A stretch of DNA of 64,000 nt from Myxococcota bacterium (GTDB taxonomy: Bacteria; Myxococcota_A; SURF-8), in assembly GCA_963674735.2 (NCBI GenBank), contig CAXXQS010000003.1, positions 1 through 64,000 of the forward strand. The letters are read 5' to 3'. Made by a program: the position numbers and the translations under genes. Positions 48,972-58,677 of this stretch are shown one piece after another (within the stretch, counting starts at the first letter, position 1; every line of letters starts with the position of its first letter). Under the pieces are notes generated by a model. The model was not told the DNA's origin. It did no database searches and saw only the letters and a program-made list of their open reading frames with translations.

Positions 48972-49514
48972 CTATTTCATTCCCTTGGCTACGAGCATCG
49001 GCGTCAATAGCCCCATGATCTTGGCTTTGGTTGCCAACTGGCTCGATGTCAACTTGGGGGGGCGTTTGAAGGTTTTGTTGAGAATGAGTCCCGGGAACAG
49101 GTAGGTTTGCACGATGGCCATGGCCCGCGTGACTTCCATGGCTTTGGCGTTATCACCGTGAATACAGACGCGATTCTCGGCGACGGCCGCCGGTGCTCCC
49201 AGCATGCCGGTGAAGATCATGACGGCCGAGTCGAGGTTTTTAAACAAAATCGACAGGTGCGGTTCGTGTTTTCCGATACCCAGGTAATCGATGCGGTCGC
49301 CGTTTTTCTGGATGGTCATGTAGGGTCCGTTGGGCAGGACTCCGATGGTGACACGGCGACCCTCTTCCCAGTCGGCGATCTCCTGCTGCATTTCGGGTAC
49401 GTAGCGGCTGGTCAGTTCAAACGTGATACCAAGAGCCAAAAGTGAGATATGGCTGGTTGTGCGTTTCAAACCGGTAGCGGCTTTGAGCTTCATTGCTTTA
49501 AGGTCCATCGTCAT
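48972..49514 (-). CDS. hypothetical protein, possibly SCP2-like lipid-binding fold, co-oriented with the Fe-ADH
   Basis: Clean ORF with GAGG SD; the pattern L.I.FKNLDSA...F.G......A....R..I.GD...AM resembles sterol-carrier-like domains. Confidence 0.55.
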   Translation of the reverse strand: MTMDLKAMKLKAATGLKRTTSHISLLALGITFELTSRYVPEMQQEIADWEEGRRVTIGVLPNGPYMTIQKNGDRIDYLGIGKHEPHLSILFKNLDSAVMIFTGMLGAPAAVAENRVCIHGDNAKAMEVTRAMAIVQTYLFPGLILNKTFKRPPKLTSSQLATKAKIMGLLTPMLVAKGMK

Positions 49515-49693
49515 GGCCTTACCCCTCATCCAAGTAAATCATTTATCCCAAACGTCGGTACGCATGCTAGCATATCTTATTCGTAAATGCACAAGCAAGT
49601 CGCAAATTTTCCGGCGCTGGGCGTTCATGGATGATCGTTATGCCGGAGACCATCCTCCCGATTACGGCAACTTTTACTCGATGTTAGTTCTGA

Positions 49694-50371
49694 TCATTTC
49701 CTTGTTTCGACCGCCTTTCGCACTGCCTCGATGACGTCCGGCATGGAACTTTTGGTCAAAAGATCGATGATAAACTGCGGGATGGGTAGTCCCGGATCGG
49801 TATAGACATGGTAGACAATCAAGGTCCGTTTACCCTTGGCATAGGGGAAAAACTTGTAGTAGCCGGTCGTTTCGCGGATGTCGCCTTGCAGGTATTCCCA
49901 CTCGATGACGTTGTCGCCGTAGTGCATGATGTGGAGGCGATACCAGATCGTGGTGAAGGCCACCTTGAGTGTCTGTTCCACCGTGGCTAGCGCCCCGTCC
50001 CAGGAATACGTGACTTTTTCCAGGTGCGGCATCGGACCCACGTGGCGGTCGAAGCTTTTCAGAAACGCCATGACCTTGGCGGGCGGTGCGTCGATGGTGG
50101 CGATAGCTTCATATCGTTTGGCTTCACCTTCACTGGGCAGAGCACGCGTCACCACTTTGCGTTTGGCTATTTGCTTTTTCTCGTCGCCGCTAAGCTTGGG
50201 TGCTTTACCGAGACGCGCCTTGCTAAGCTTGGCAGCCGCCTCGACGGTCAACGGCTTGAAGGTTGGGCTGGGATTTTTGTATTTCGGTTCGTTTTCGGTG
50301 GCCATCAATCCTGTGTTCAAGCAACTCAGCAGGAAGAATAGCCCTATGAAATGGCAGGCCAAACGCTTCAT
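49694..50371 (-). CDS. exported SRPBCC/START-domain (polyketide cyclase-like) protein
   Basis: AAGGAG SD, signal peptide, IDAPP..V...L, MPH, EW....GD....GYY, T...Y....DPG..IP. Confidence 0.75.
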   Translation of the reverse strand: MKRLACHFIGLFFLLSCLNTGLMATENEPKYKNPSPTFKPLTVEAAAKLSKARLGKAPKLSGDEKKQIAKRKVVTRALPSEGEAKRYEAIATIDAPPAKVMAFLKSFDRHVGPMPHLEKVTYSWDGALATVEQTLKVAFTTIWYRLHIMHYGDNVIEWEYLQGDIRETTGYYKFFPYAKGKRTLIVYHVYTDPGLPIPQFIIDLLTKSSMPDVIEAVRKAVETRK

Positions 50372-50525
50372 ATCCGCTCCTTTTTCACCGAGATTCGTGA
50401 ACTCAAACCAAACTTGTCGAGGAAAAGACGGTCCGTGGATGTGCGGGCGGGATGGTCGTCCGTTACGTTTTAGCGTAGTTTGCTGCGAAACACAAGCGAG
50501 ACCGGTTCGGGAACGGTTCAGCAAC

Positions 50526-51227
50526 TCAGATCGTTGCCGCTAGTTCCGCATTGGGAATGACCAGCGGCAAGGCAGCTTTGACGATGGCTACCCCGCGTGC
50601 AACATCCAGATGCTCGGTGTTGAGTATCAAGTCGTATTGATTGGGATCGGCAATATCTGCGTTGAAGTAGTGGCGCACAAATTCCGTTCGTTCGCTCTCC
50701 AGACGTTCGATGCGTTGGCGGGCCGCATCGGCGTCCTGGCCGGTTGCACGCACGACATTTTTAATGCGGGTGGCGAGTGGGGCGATGATGCGCACACGGA
50801 AGCAGCGCTCATGAGGCAGGATGAAATTGGCCCCGCGACCGACGATCACCGCTCGTCCGACTTTTCCGGCGGCCCCGACCATCTTGGCGAGATGAGCCAG
50901 GTATTCGTCGGAAGTGAGATTGAAGCGCTTTTCCAGCATGGCGAACAGATCGTCGAGCCAACTGCGCGGGTGCTCGTCGAAACTGCGGATAACCATCGTC
51001 CGTAACTGGCTATCGCGTGCCACGTCGTGAATGATCGCCCCGGAGTAGAACTCGAAACCGAGATCTTTGGCCAACTCGCGGGCGATGAAGAAGCCCATGG
51101 AGCCCGGTTCACGCGAAATAGTGATGACGGGTCGGCGCGGGGTTTCGGCGATTGTTTGGGCGGCATTCTGCCAGCGACGGCACTGCTGTTCGACCAACTC
51201 GCTGATGGAGCGGTTACGAAGTGTCAT
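50526..51227 (-). CDS. cytidylate kinase-like family protein
   Basis: VITISRE.GS.G..IA..LA..LG, VIVGRGAN.IL, R..FV..YF..D..DP..YDLILNT. Confidence 0.85.
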   Translation of the reverse strand: MTLRNRSISELVEQQCRRWQNAAQTIAETPRRPVITISREPGSMGFFIARELAKDLGFEFYSGAIIHDVARDSQLRTMVIRSFDEHPRSWLDDLFAMLEKRFNLTSDEYLAHLAKMVGAAGKVGRAVIVGRGANFILPHERCFRVRIIAPLATRIKNVVRATGQDADAARQRIERLESERTEFVRHYFNADIADPNQYDLILNTEHLDVARGVAIVKAALPLVIPNAELAATI

Positions 51228-51531
51228 GGCCTCCTCCTTTCCGCCGGATGCGGACCGACGGTGGCGGCGATCTGTCCCAATGATTCCCACTTCCATTTTA
51301 GTGTCCCCGACTGGCAGATGCCAGCGAAAAAGGCAGAAGCGGGGTAGGAATAAACAGGTTGAATCGAGTTTGGAGGACTGTCTCCCCTGCCTCTATCTGT
51401 CAAGTCTGCTTGACAGTCTGCCGCTTCGTGCGCCCGAATTTCTTAGTAATATTCGGGGATTGATCCTGGATCGCAATTTGCATATGATCTATGCCATGTC
51501 GAATGCTTGAACACTGACAAAGGAGAGCGCC

Positions 51532-54222
51532 ATGCAAAAGGGATGGCTGAATATCGTGTGGATGGGAAGCTTGCTGCTGGTGTTGCTTGTCGGCCTTGTG
51601 GGCTGTCTGGGAGATGAAATGAGCACAACACCCGTGGATGGCGACGACCCCGACGAGTCGGACGGCGATGATCCTGACGGTGACAGTCCCGATGGTGACA
51701 ACCCTGATGGCGACAGCCCCGACGGTGACAACCCTGACGGCGATACGCAAGCCTGTGACCATCTGTGCGATTGTCCGCAAGGATGGTTCTGCAATGATGC
51801 CGGCCAGTGTGAAGATGGAACCGGGATGCTCGGGACACCCTTCTGTTGCGTCAATCCCGAATGTCCGTATGACGCGCCTTGCGTCTACCCCGACGACAGT
51901 CCGAGCCGCTGTGCGCCGATTGATAGCTGTCCCTTCAGTGATACCGTGGTCGGTCGCTACTGCCCCGATTCCGAAAATGTCTGCGAAGCCGTGGCGGAAG
52001 TCGTGGTCGGCCAGGATGATTACTGTCTGTTCATGCTGACCTTCACTTTGGACGATGGATCCACCCTGCGTGTTTATATCGATGGCTACGATTACGATAC
52101 GATTTTCAATTTGGAAGAGGCGGGTTGCAGCGTCAGTTTCGACGCTGATGCGCCGTCTTTCGAGATCGCCTGCAACTGGTGCGGGACAACCACCTTCAGT
52201 AAGGATAATTGCCAAGCCGACCAATGTACGAGCGATTCGGATTGTCCCGATTGTGAGCTCTGCGAGACGCTCAACGGTGTCAAGCAATGCCTCGCGACTC
52301 CGGGAGCTCTGGGCTGTGTCAGCGACGATGACTGTGAAACGGGTTTCATCTGTGCTCCCTTCTCCAGCGATAAACCGCAATGCGGGGGGCAGTGTGTGCT
52401 CGATGACGATGGCAAATATATCTTGCACGAGTGGGGGGTCAATCGTCCGATGTCCGATGGCTCTTCCCTCATCAGTTCGGGACCACCCCGTTTTTGGGGC
52501 GCTGTTCCCGCCAAGCCGGTTTTATACGTGTATGCCGATAATCCCCTGCTGTTGGACGTCGGCGTCACCTTTGCCTCGGGTCACACAACCGACACCTGGC
52601 CACCGTTGCCCAACGGTGCGTCCATCGAATGGCAGGATGTTCTGGTTACGCAACCGGCTACCTGCAATCTTTCGCCGACGCCGATTCCACCTTACGATCA
52701 GATGGAGCCGGAGGACCGCGAGATCTACCAGTTGCCGGAATGGATCGTTCCCGATGCCGATTGCCTGAAAACCGATGGTGTGACGTCGAAATTATTATTT
52801 TATACCGGTGAGTTGAGCGACTACGAGCCACCGGTCAGCGGGTCGGTGGATGTCGATGCGAGTGCGGCTGAGGTGACCTTCAACTTGACCAACAGCGGTG
52901 ATGTCGATGTGGAGTCGGTTCTGTTATTATATCGCACGGCCACGGGTGAGTGCATCGATCCTTCGGGTTGCTCGGTCAATGCCGCCAGTCTGGCCTGGGG
53001 CAAATTGCGCGGTTTGGCAGCGGGGGCTTCCAGTAGTACGACGCTGGAACTTCACACCTTGGCTACCGATGGTAGCGAACCGTATCAGAACGTCACGATC
53101 CCCGAAGGCTGGAAAGCGATGGCGGATGATATGGAATCCATGCTGTCGTCCAAGGGCCTCTATGCGGACGAGATCGATGTCTTTATGGATGCCTGGGAAA
53201 CCATGTTTTTCGGCGTTCATTCGGGTGGCATGGAATGGTATTTGCCGGGTTACCAGAATGGGGCGTTCGTACTCTATTTATGGCCGGATTCCTTGACGGA
53301 AGAACAGTTGGCGCTAAGCCTCGATCCCCAGCCGCGCGAACTCAAACGGGCGATGGTCGAGTTCAATCGGCTGGCGCCACCGGACACGGAGGGCGCGTTG
53401 GCGGGTGAGGTGACTTTGGTGGAATACGATATCGATCCCGATTCGCCCACCTGGACCGGGCCAGCCGTGGGCGCGACTGTTACGGCGACGGAGAGCACCT
53501 ATCGCAACACCTATTCGGCTACCACCGGCGACGACGGAACCTATCGCATGAGTCTGCCGACGGGCGTCTATACCGTTACCGTGACGCGCAACGATTGGGA
53601 ACATGGCGATCGCATTGATCGTGTCGCGGTGCTGTCGGGACAAACCACTACCGTCAACCTCAATCTTTTCTCCGAGGCCATGGTTGATAAGCCCAACCTC
53701 TACCTTTATCCTACCCAAACAACTCAGGTGGGTGTGACGCTGGCTTTGTGCGGCGATTGCGTCGTGACGGAGTCGATCCCCGAATATGGAAGCGGTTGGG
53801 ATGTGACGGTGGAACCCTCCGGTTTGATTGACGATACTTATACCTACCTCTATTATGAAGCCGAAATCGCACGAAATTTTCCGATGCACGAAGGATGGAG
53901 CATTCCGGCGGCCGATGTCCCGCGTTTCTTTAACGAAACTTTGGCGGCCTACGGATTGACGGCGGCCGAGACGGCGGATTTCGTGGATTACTGGAGCACG
54001 CATCTGCCCGACGCACCCTTCTACGGCATTTACCCCTTGACGGAAGCGTCGGTCATTGAACCATTGGTCGGACTTCGTATCGATCCGCAGCCCGATTCGC
54101 TCTTCCGCCTATGGTTTGTCGTTTCCCCTGAAGTGACTCCACCTGCGTTGTCGCCTCCTGTTATCGACTCGCCTCCGCGTATCGGGTTTACAGCCGTCGA
54201 GTGGGGTGTGATTCTCGACTGA
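51532..54222 (+). CDS. large lipoprotein: DGDxP repeats, Cys-rich region, and two copies of an uncharacterised KPxLYxY/EWG domain flanking a carboxypeptidase-regulatory-like domain
   Basis: AAGGAG SD; lipobox LVGC; HEWG...KPVLYVY and KPNLYLYP...VEWG; GATV...T..DG.Y...LPTG.Y.VTV. Confidence 0.82.
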   Translation: MQKGWLNIVWMGSLLLVLLVGLVGCLGDEMSTTPVDGDDPDESDGDDPDGDSPDGDNPDGDSPDGDNPDGDTQACDHLCDCPQGWFCNDAGQCEDGTGMLGTPFCCVNPECPYDAPCVYPDDSPSRCAPIDSCPFSDTVVGRYCPDSENVCEAVAEVVVGQDDYCLFMLTFTLDDGSTLRVYIDGYDYDTIFNLEEAGCSVSFDADAPSFEIACNWCGTTTFSKDNCQADQCTSDSDCPDCELCETLNGVKQCLATPGALGCVSDDDCETGFICAPFSSDKPQCGGQCVLDDDGKYILHEWGVNRPMSDGSSLISSGPPRFWGAVPAKPVLYVYADNPLLLDVGVTFASGHTTDTWPPLPNGASIEWQDVLVTQPATCNLSPTPIPPYDQMEPEDREIYQLPEWIVPDADCLKTDGVTSKLLFYTGELSDYEPPVSGSVDVDASAAEVTFNLTNSGDVDVESVLLLYRTATGECIDPSGCSVNAASLAWGKLRGLAAGASSSTTLELHTLATDGSEPYQNVTIPEGWKAMADDMESMLSSKGLYADEIDVFMDAWETMFFGVHSGGMEWYLPGYQNGAFVLYLWPDSLTEEQLALSLDPQPRELKRAMVEFNRLAPPDTEGALAGEVTLVEYDIDPDSPTWTGPAVGATVTATESTYRNTYSATTGDDGTYRMSLPTGVYTVTVTRNDWEHGDRIDRVAVLSGQTTTVNLNLFSEAMVDKPNLYLYPTQTTQVGVTLALCGDCVVTESIPEYGSGWDVTVEPSGLIDDTYTYLYYEAEIARNFPMHEGWSIPAADVPRFFNETLAAYGLTAAETADFVDYWSTHLPDAPFYGIYPLTEASVIEPLVGLRIDPQPDSLFRLWFVVSPEVTPPALSPPVIDSPPRIGFTAVEWGVILD
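51637..51744 (+). repeat. 15-bp tandem repeat encoding DGD(D/S/N)P
   Basis: Five contiguous units at 51661-51735 plus flanking DGD copies. Confidence 0.85.
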
Positions 54223-54454
54223 TTTCATAATCCGAACGGACTCATTTCTTTAAACGGACGCGCTTTCAGGTGCGTCCGTTTCGTTTATTGCGCCGTTGGG
54301 TCGATTGGCCAATCCCAGGATCGAAAGTTGAAAGAAAGTTTCAGAGCGTGCTATGGTTTGATCATCGATAAGCAGACCAAAGAGGGAATCAAAAAGTGAC
54401 AGATGCTCTCCATCAAGCGAATGTGGATCAGTCGGCAATATAGAAGGGGCAGGC

Positions 54455-55609
54455 ATGCGACCGATTGTGAAAATCTTGATCATCAACGGTATTTTTATGC
54501 TGGTCATTCTGGCTATTGCCGAATGGGCGGCGCGTAAGCTTTTCGATAATGCCTTTTTGCTTGAAGGCAACCAGTACGTTTTTTTCGAGTTCGACGAGCA
54601 ACTTGGTTGGCGGGGGAAAGCCAATACTAAGGGGATGTTTACTCGTGGCGAAGAATTTTCCACTCAGGTGAACACCAATCGTTTCGGAATGCGGGAACGG
54701 GAGGTCAGAAAAAAGAAAGAAGACGGTGTGATCCGGATTGCCGTACTCGGTGATTCCTTTACCTGGGGTTTCGGCGTCGAAACCGACGAAATCTATACCG
54801 CCGTTATGCAGCGTGAACTCGGTTCCCGTTTCGAAGTGCTGAACTTCGGGGTCAGTGGTTATGGACGTGGCCAACAGTGGCTACAATTGGAAAGCCAGGT
54901 GGCCGATTTTTCAGCGGATCTCGTGCTGATTATGGCTTATCCGGGCAACGATCTCTACGACAACCTGGCCGATGATCTCGCCTACGAAGTCTACCCGCGT
55001 CCGCGCTTTTCCCTCGACGACAAGGGACAGCTGGTTGTTTTGGGGCAGCCGGTGAAACCGCCATTGGGAGATTTTTCCGAGCGCTTGTTCATGCGACACA
55101 CGGGAGAATGGATGGGTGTCTATATGCGTTCTTATCTGTTTCGGGTGCTTTATCAAGTTTTTGCCTCGATGCAAAAATCCTGGGAGCAGAATCCGGCTGA
55201 TTACCTCAATCCCATTTATCAGCAGCACAATCGCCAAAAACTCAAAGAAGCGGCGAGGGTGGAAACCGCAATTCTTAAAAAAATCCGATCTTTTTGCCGC
55301 GCACAAGGGTGCAAGGTATTAGAGGCAATCGCCACAACTTCCGAACAGGTGCGACCGGCTTTGCAGGATGAATTGAGGAAACGTTTTCCCGATATCCCGG
55401 TTGACTGGGAGCAGCCTGCGCGGATTTTGACGGAAGCGGCTACGCGGGCAGGTGTCGATATCTACGATCTGGCTCCGGTTCTAAAAGCTGCCGAGGAGCG
55501 TGGGGAGCGCACGCATCGTGAAAAGGATTTCCACTGGACGCCGTTGGGCAATCGTCTTGTAGGGGAAACGCTGGCTCCGGTTGTGCGGAACATGATGGAA
55601 CGACGCTAG
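54455..55609 (+). CDS. membrane-anchored SGNH/GDSL hydrolase (AlgX/AlgJ-like acyltransferase or esterase)
   Basis: N-terminal TM; N..G.R, RIAVLGDSFTWG, NFGVSGYG, GND, DFHW..LGN. Confidence 0.88.
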   Translation: MRPIVKILIINGIFMLVILAIAEWAARKLFDNAFLLEGNQYVFFEFDEQLGWRGKANTKGMFTRGEEFSTQVNTNRFGMREREVRKKKEDGVIRIAVLGDSFTWGFGVETDEIYTAVMQRELGSRFEVLNFGVSGYGRGQQWLQLESQVADFSADLVLIMAYPGNDLYDNLADDLAYEVYPRPRFSLDDKGQLVVLGQPVKPPLGDFSERLFMRHTGEWMGVYMRSYLFRVLYQVFASMQKSWEQNPADYLNPIYQQHNRQKLKEAARVETAILKKIRSFCRAQGCKVLEAIATTSEQVRPALQDELRKRFPDIPVDWEQPARILTEAATRAGVDIYDLAPVLKAAEERGERTHREKDFHWTPLGNRLVGETLAPVVRNMMERR

Positions 55610-55729
55610 CAGCGATCCTTCAATTCCAATAATATGTTGCGATTTTCATTTCTCCAGGTTTAGAATACCTCCTTGCGCAGATTTATTTTTTGTCCTTCAC
55701 CCAACGATACGCATGTTTAATACCAATCG

Positions 55730-57478
55730 ATGACGTCTAATTTGCCGAAACGCTACATCGCGATTCCCCTGGTGGTCCTGGCGGCCTACCTGTCGCCCTA
55801 CTTGATTTTGGGGCAGGATCATTACGTTCGTATTCACGACTATCTGGATAGCGTACTGGTTTTCTATAAAATACTCGCGCAAAGCGGCTTGATTTTCGCA
55901 CCCAACCAGGCCATCGTACCGAATTTGATGGGTGGGTTGGAACGTGCTTGGTGGCCCAGTGAGGTGAACGTATTTTTATGGTTTAACGTGTGGTTCGGAC
56001 CCTTCGGCGCGACAGCCGCCAACGAAGTCATCAGCCGGTTGGTGGCTTTTTTCGGCATGTTTTTATTCGTGCGGCGCTTCATCTTGTCCGATGAGCGTCC
56101 TCCGCTTGTGGCGGTGCTGGCCGGATTGTGTTTTGCCCTCGTCCCGCACTTTCCCGGGTCGCGCCTTTCCATCGTCGCCCAGCCGCTGGTTTTGTATGTC
56201 TTTCTCACGATCCGCGCCCGCCAAGATAAATGGCGTCACTGGCTGGTGCTGATTTTCGTTCCTTTCTATTCAAGTTTCGTTGTTTATTATTTTTTCTTTC
56301 TTGCATCCATGGGGACTCTCTGGTTGATCGACACCCTTCGCAAGCGACGTCCGGATTGGCGGTTTGTGGCCAGTATCGCGTTGATGACGGCTGTGTTTCT
56401 AGGCCTCGAATTCCGGTTGGTACAGACCATGCTGCTGGATGCCCAAGTGGTATCACATCGGGCGGAATTCACATATTACCAGGATCGCAACCTGGTCGAT
56501 GCGGCCTCTCGTTTCGTTGACAATCTGAAAAACGCCCACCATCATGGGTATAGCTTCCATTGGCCGGTGGTGGTGTTCACGGTTCTCCTGGCGGGCATCT
56601 GGGGTGGTATCCAGCGCCGTCGTCTACGAATCTATATGTTGCTGGTGGCGGGCATCGTTTTTTGCAGCCTCGCCAATGGGTTGTATTACTCGCCGGTAGT
56701 CGAGGCGTTATATCGGGTTGCCCCCATCACACGGCATTTCAACATTTCGCGCTTCAACCTGTTGCACCCGCTATTATGGTATCTGCTGTTTGCCGTGTCT
56801 TTGGCGATGATCGAAAAGTTGTCGAAAAACGGGCGCATACTTGTTTTGCTTCTGGCTGGATTGCAGGTGGCCTATTTATTTTATAACAGCGATTTTAGTC
56901 GTGAATATCGCGAACATGGAATCAGCTACCGACAATTCTATGCCGAGGAGTTGTTTGATGAGGTCGAGGCGGCCATTGGGGAACCGAAAGAAAGCTATCG
57001 GGTGGCCGTGATCGGTATGCACCCGGCGATCCCCCTGTATAACGGTTTTCATACCGTCGGCGGCTATTTTTACAATTATCCGCTAGCGTACAAACATGCC
57101 TTTTACCGGATTATTCGCCACGAATTGGCGAAAAGCCCGCATTGGAAGGGCTTGTTTGTTAACTGGGGCAGTATGGCTTACGTTTACTCGGCTGAGCTTA
57201 GCGAGGCCGACTATCTGATACCCCGCCTGCATCGGAATATCAACCACCTGGAACTTGATCCCAAAGCCTTGTGGAACCTTGGCGGACGTTATGTGATTTC
57301 GGCGTTGCCCATTGCCAATCCTGCCGATAACCGACTCACACCATTGCGTGCTTTTACCCACCCGGACAGCGCCTGGAATGTTTTTCTTTACCGGTTGGAA
57401 AAACCTGCTACGAAAGAAGAAGAGCAGAGTCCGGCAACGAATTCAATCGAGCCCGATCGCCTTCCACCTTCCGAGTAG
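55730..57478 (+). CDS. polytopic membrane protein, DUF6044/YfhO-like, putative GT-C glycosyltransferase
   Basis: About 11-12 TM helices; HDYLDS acidic motif in the first external loop; SHR.EF, FN.SRF, FY...LF, NGF.T..GY..YPL.YK..F. Confidence 0.7.
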   Translation: MTSNLPKRYIAIPLVVLAAYLSPYLILGQDHYVRIHDYLDSVLVFYKILAQSGLIFAPNQAIVPNLMGGLERAWWPSEVNVFLWFNVWFGPFGATAANEVISRLVAFFGMFLFVRRFILSDERPPLVAVLAGLCFALVPHFPGSRLSIVAQPLVLYVFLTIRARQDKWRHWLVLIFVPFYSSFVVYYFFFLASMGTLWLIDTLRKRRPDWRFVASIALMTAVFLGLEFRLVQTMLLDAQVVSHRAEFTYYQDRNLVDAASRFVDNLKNAHHHGYSFHWPVVVFTVLLAGIWGGIQRRRLRIYMLLVAGIVFCSLANGLYYSPVVEALYRVAPITRHFNISRFNLLHPLLWYLLFAVSLAMIEKLSKNGRILVLLLAGLQVAYLFYNSDFSREYREHGISYRQFYAEELFDEVEAAIGEPKESYRVAVIGMHPAIPLYNGFHTVGGYFYNYPLAYKHAFYRIIRHELAKSPHWKGLFVNWGSMAYVYSAELSEADYLIPRLHRNINHLELDPKALWNLGGRYVISALPIANPADNRLTPLRAFTHPDSAWNVFLYRLEKPATKEEEQSPATNSIEPDRLPPSE

Positions 57479-57495
57479 CGCATCCCTAAACCGAC

Positions 57496-57506
57496 TGTGG
57501 TATAAT
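57496..57506 (+). promoter_or_regulatory. extended -10 promoter for wecE
   Basis: TGTGGTATAAT about 35 nt upstream of ATG 57541, with AAGGAG SD. Confidence 0.55.
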
Positions 57507-57540
57507 CCCGCCGAATTTGAACCCCGTGTAAGGAGAAGCG

Positions 57541-58677
57541 ATGTCCGGCCACATTCCTTTCAACCGGCCTTCGATGACGGGTCGTGAGATGGATTACATT
57601 CTGGATGCCATTCAGCGCGGCCATATTGCCGCCGGTGGACACTATACCTCCCGGTGCGAGCGCCTGCTTGAAGAGTCGTTGGGTGTGAAAAAAGCCCTGA
57701 TTACCCCGTCTTGTACGCATGCCCTTGAAATGGCGGCGCTGCTGCTCGATCTCAAGCCCGGCGACGAGTTTATTTGCCCGTCTTTTACCTTCGTTTCTAC
57801 CGCCAATGCTTTTGTCTTGCGCGGAGCCAAACCGCAGTTTGTGGATATTCGCCCTGATACACTTAATCTCGATGAGACGAAAATCGAAGCCGCCATTACC
57901 GAGCGGACCCGTGCCATCGTGCCGGTGCATTATGCCGGAGTAGGTTGCGAAATGGACCGCATTCGCGACATCGCCGACCGCCATGGGCTCCAGGTGGTGG
58001 AAGATAACGCTCAGGGACTCTACGGCACATATCGGGAGCGCCCTTTGGGCGGTTTCGGCGAGCTGGCGACAGTGAGTTTTCACGAAACCAAGAACTTCAC
58101 CTGCGGAGAGGGCGGGGTGCTGCTGGTGAACGATCCACGCTATATCGAACGTGCGGAAATTATTCGCGAAAAAGGTACCAACCGCAACCGCTTCCGTCGT
58201 GGTCAGGTGGACAAATATACCTGGGTGGATATTGGATCCAGTTATCTTCTTTCCGATCTGTGTGCGGCGTTCTTGCTGGCCCAGCTTGAAAATCGACAAA
58301 CCATACAAGAAACGCGTCGTGCCTTGTGGGAGCAATACGCGAAGGGTCTTGCCGACTGGGCGGGTGCCAACGAAGTCGGCCTGCCACAGTGCCCGGAGCA
58401 TTGCCAGCATACTTCTCATTTATTCTACCTGCTGATGCCGTCCATCGATAGTCGTCAGGCACTCATCGATCATTTGAAGGCGCATGAAATCATGGCTGTT
58501 TTTCATTATATCCCGCTGCACGATTCGGATATGGGGTTGCGTTACGGGTATCATCATGGCGATCTCCCGGTAACTGAGGATATCTCCGACCGACTTTTAA
58601 GGTTACCGCTTTATAACGGCATGACAGCGGAAGAACAGAATCGTGTGATGGCGGCGGTCAGGGGTTTTGTGGTTTGA
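57541..58677 (+). CDS. wecE: dTDP-4-amino-4,6-dideoxygalactose transaminase
   Basis: IPFN.P, TPSCTHALEM.A, PSFTFVSTANAF.LRGA, VHYAGVGC, SFHETKN..CGEGG, EKGTNR..F.RGQVDKYTWVD.GSSY. Confidence 0.93.
   Translation: MSGHIPFNRPSMTGREMDYILDAIQRGHIAAGGHYTSRCERLLEESLGVKKALITPSCTHALEMAALLLDLKPGDEFICPSFTFVSTANAFVLRGAKPQFVDIRPDTLNLDETKIEAAITERTRAIVPVHYAGVGCEMDRIRDIADRHGLQVVEDNAQGLYGTYRERPLGGFGELATVSFHETKNFTCGEGGVLLVNDPRYIERAEIIREKGTNRNRFRRGQVDKYTWVDIGSSYLLSDLCAAFLLAQLENRQTIQETRRALWEQYAKGLADWAGANEVGLPQCPEHCQHTSHLFYLLMPSIDSRQALIDHLKAHEIMAVFHYIPLHDSDMGLRYGYHHGDLPVTEDISDRLLRLPLYNGMTAEEQNRVMAAVRGFVV

Noticed and set aside
51400-52428. 342-aa ORF on the - strand and Ser/Pro/Gly repeat ORFs (also 43302-43634)
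   Set aside because: Antisense readings of DGDxP-repeat lipoprotein genes
57388-58419. 343-aa ORF on the - strand
   Set aside because: Antisense shadow of wecE
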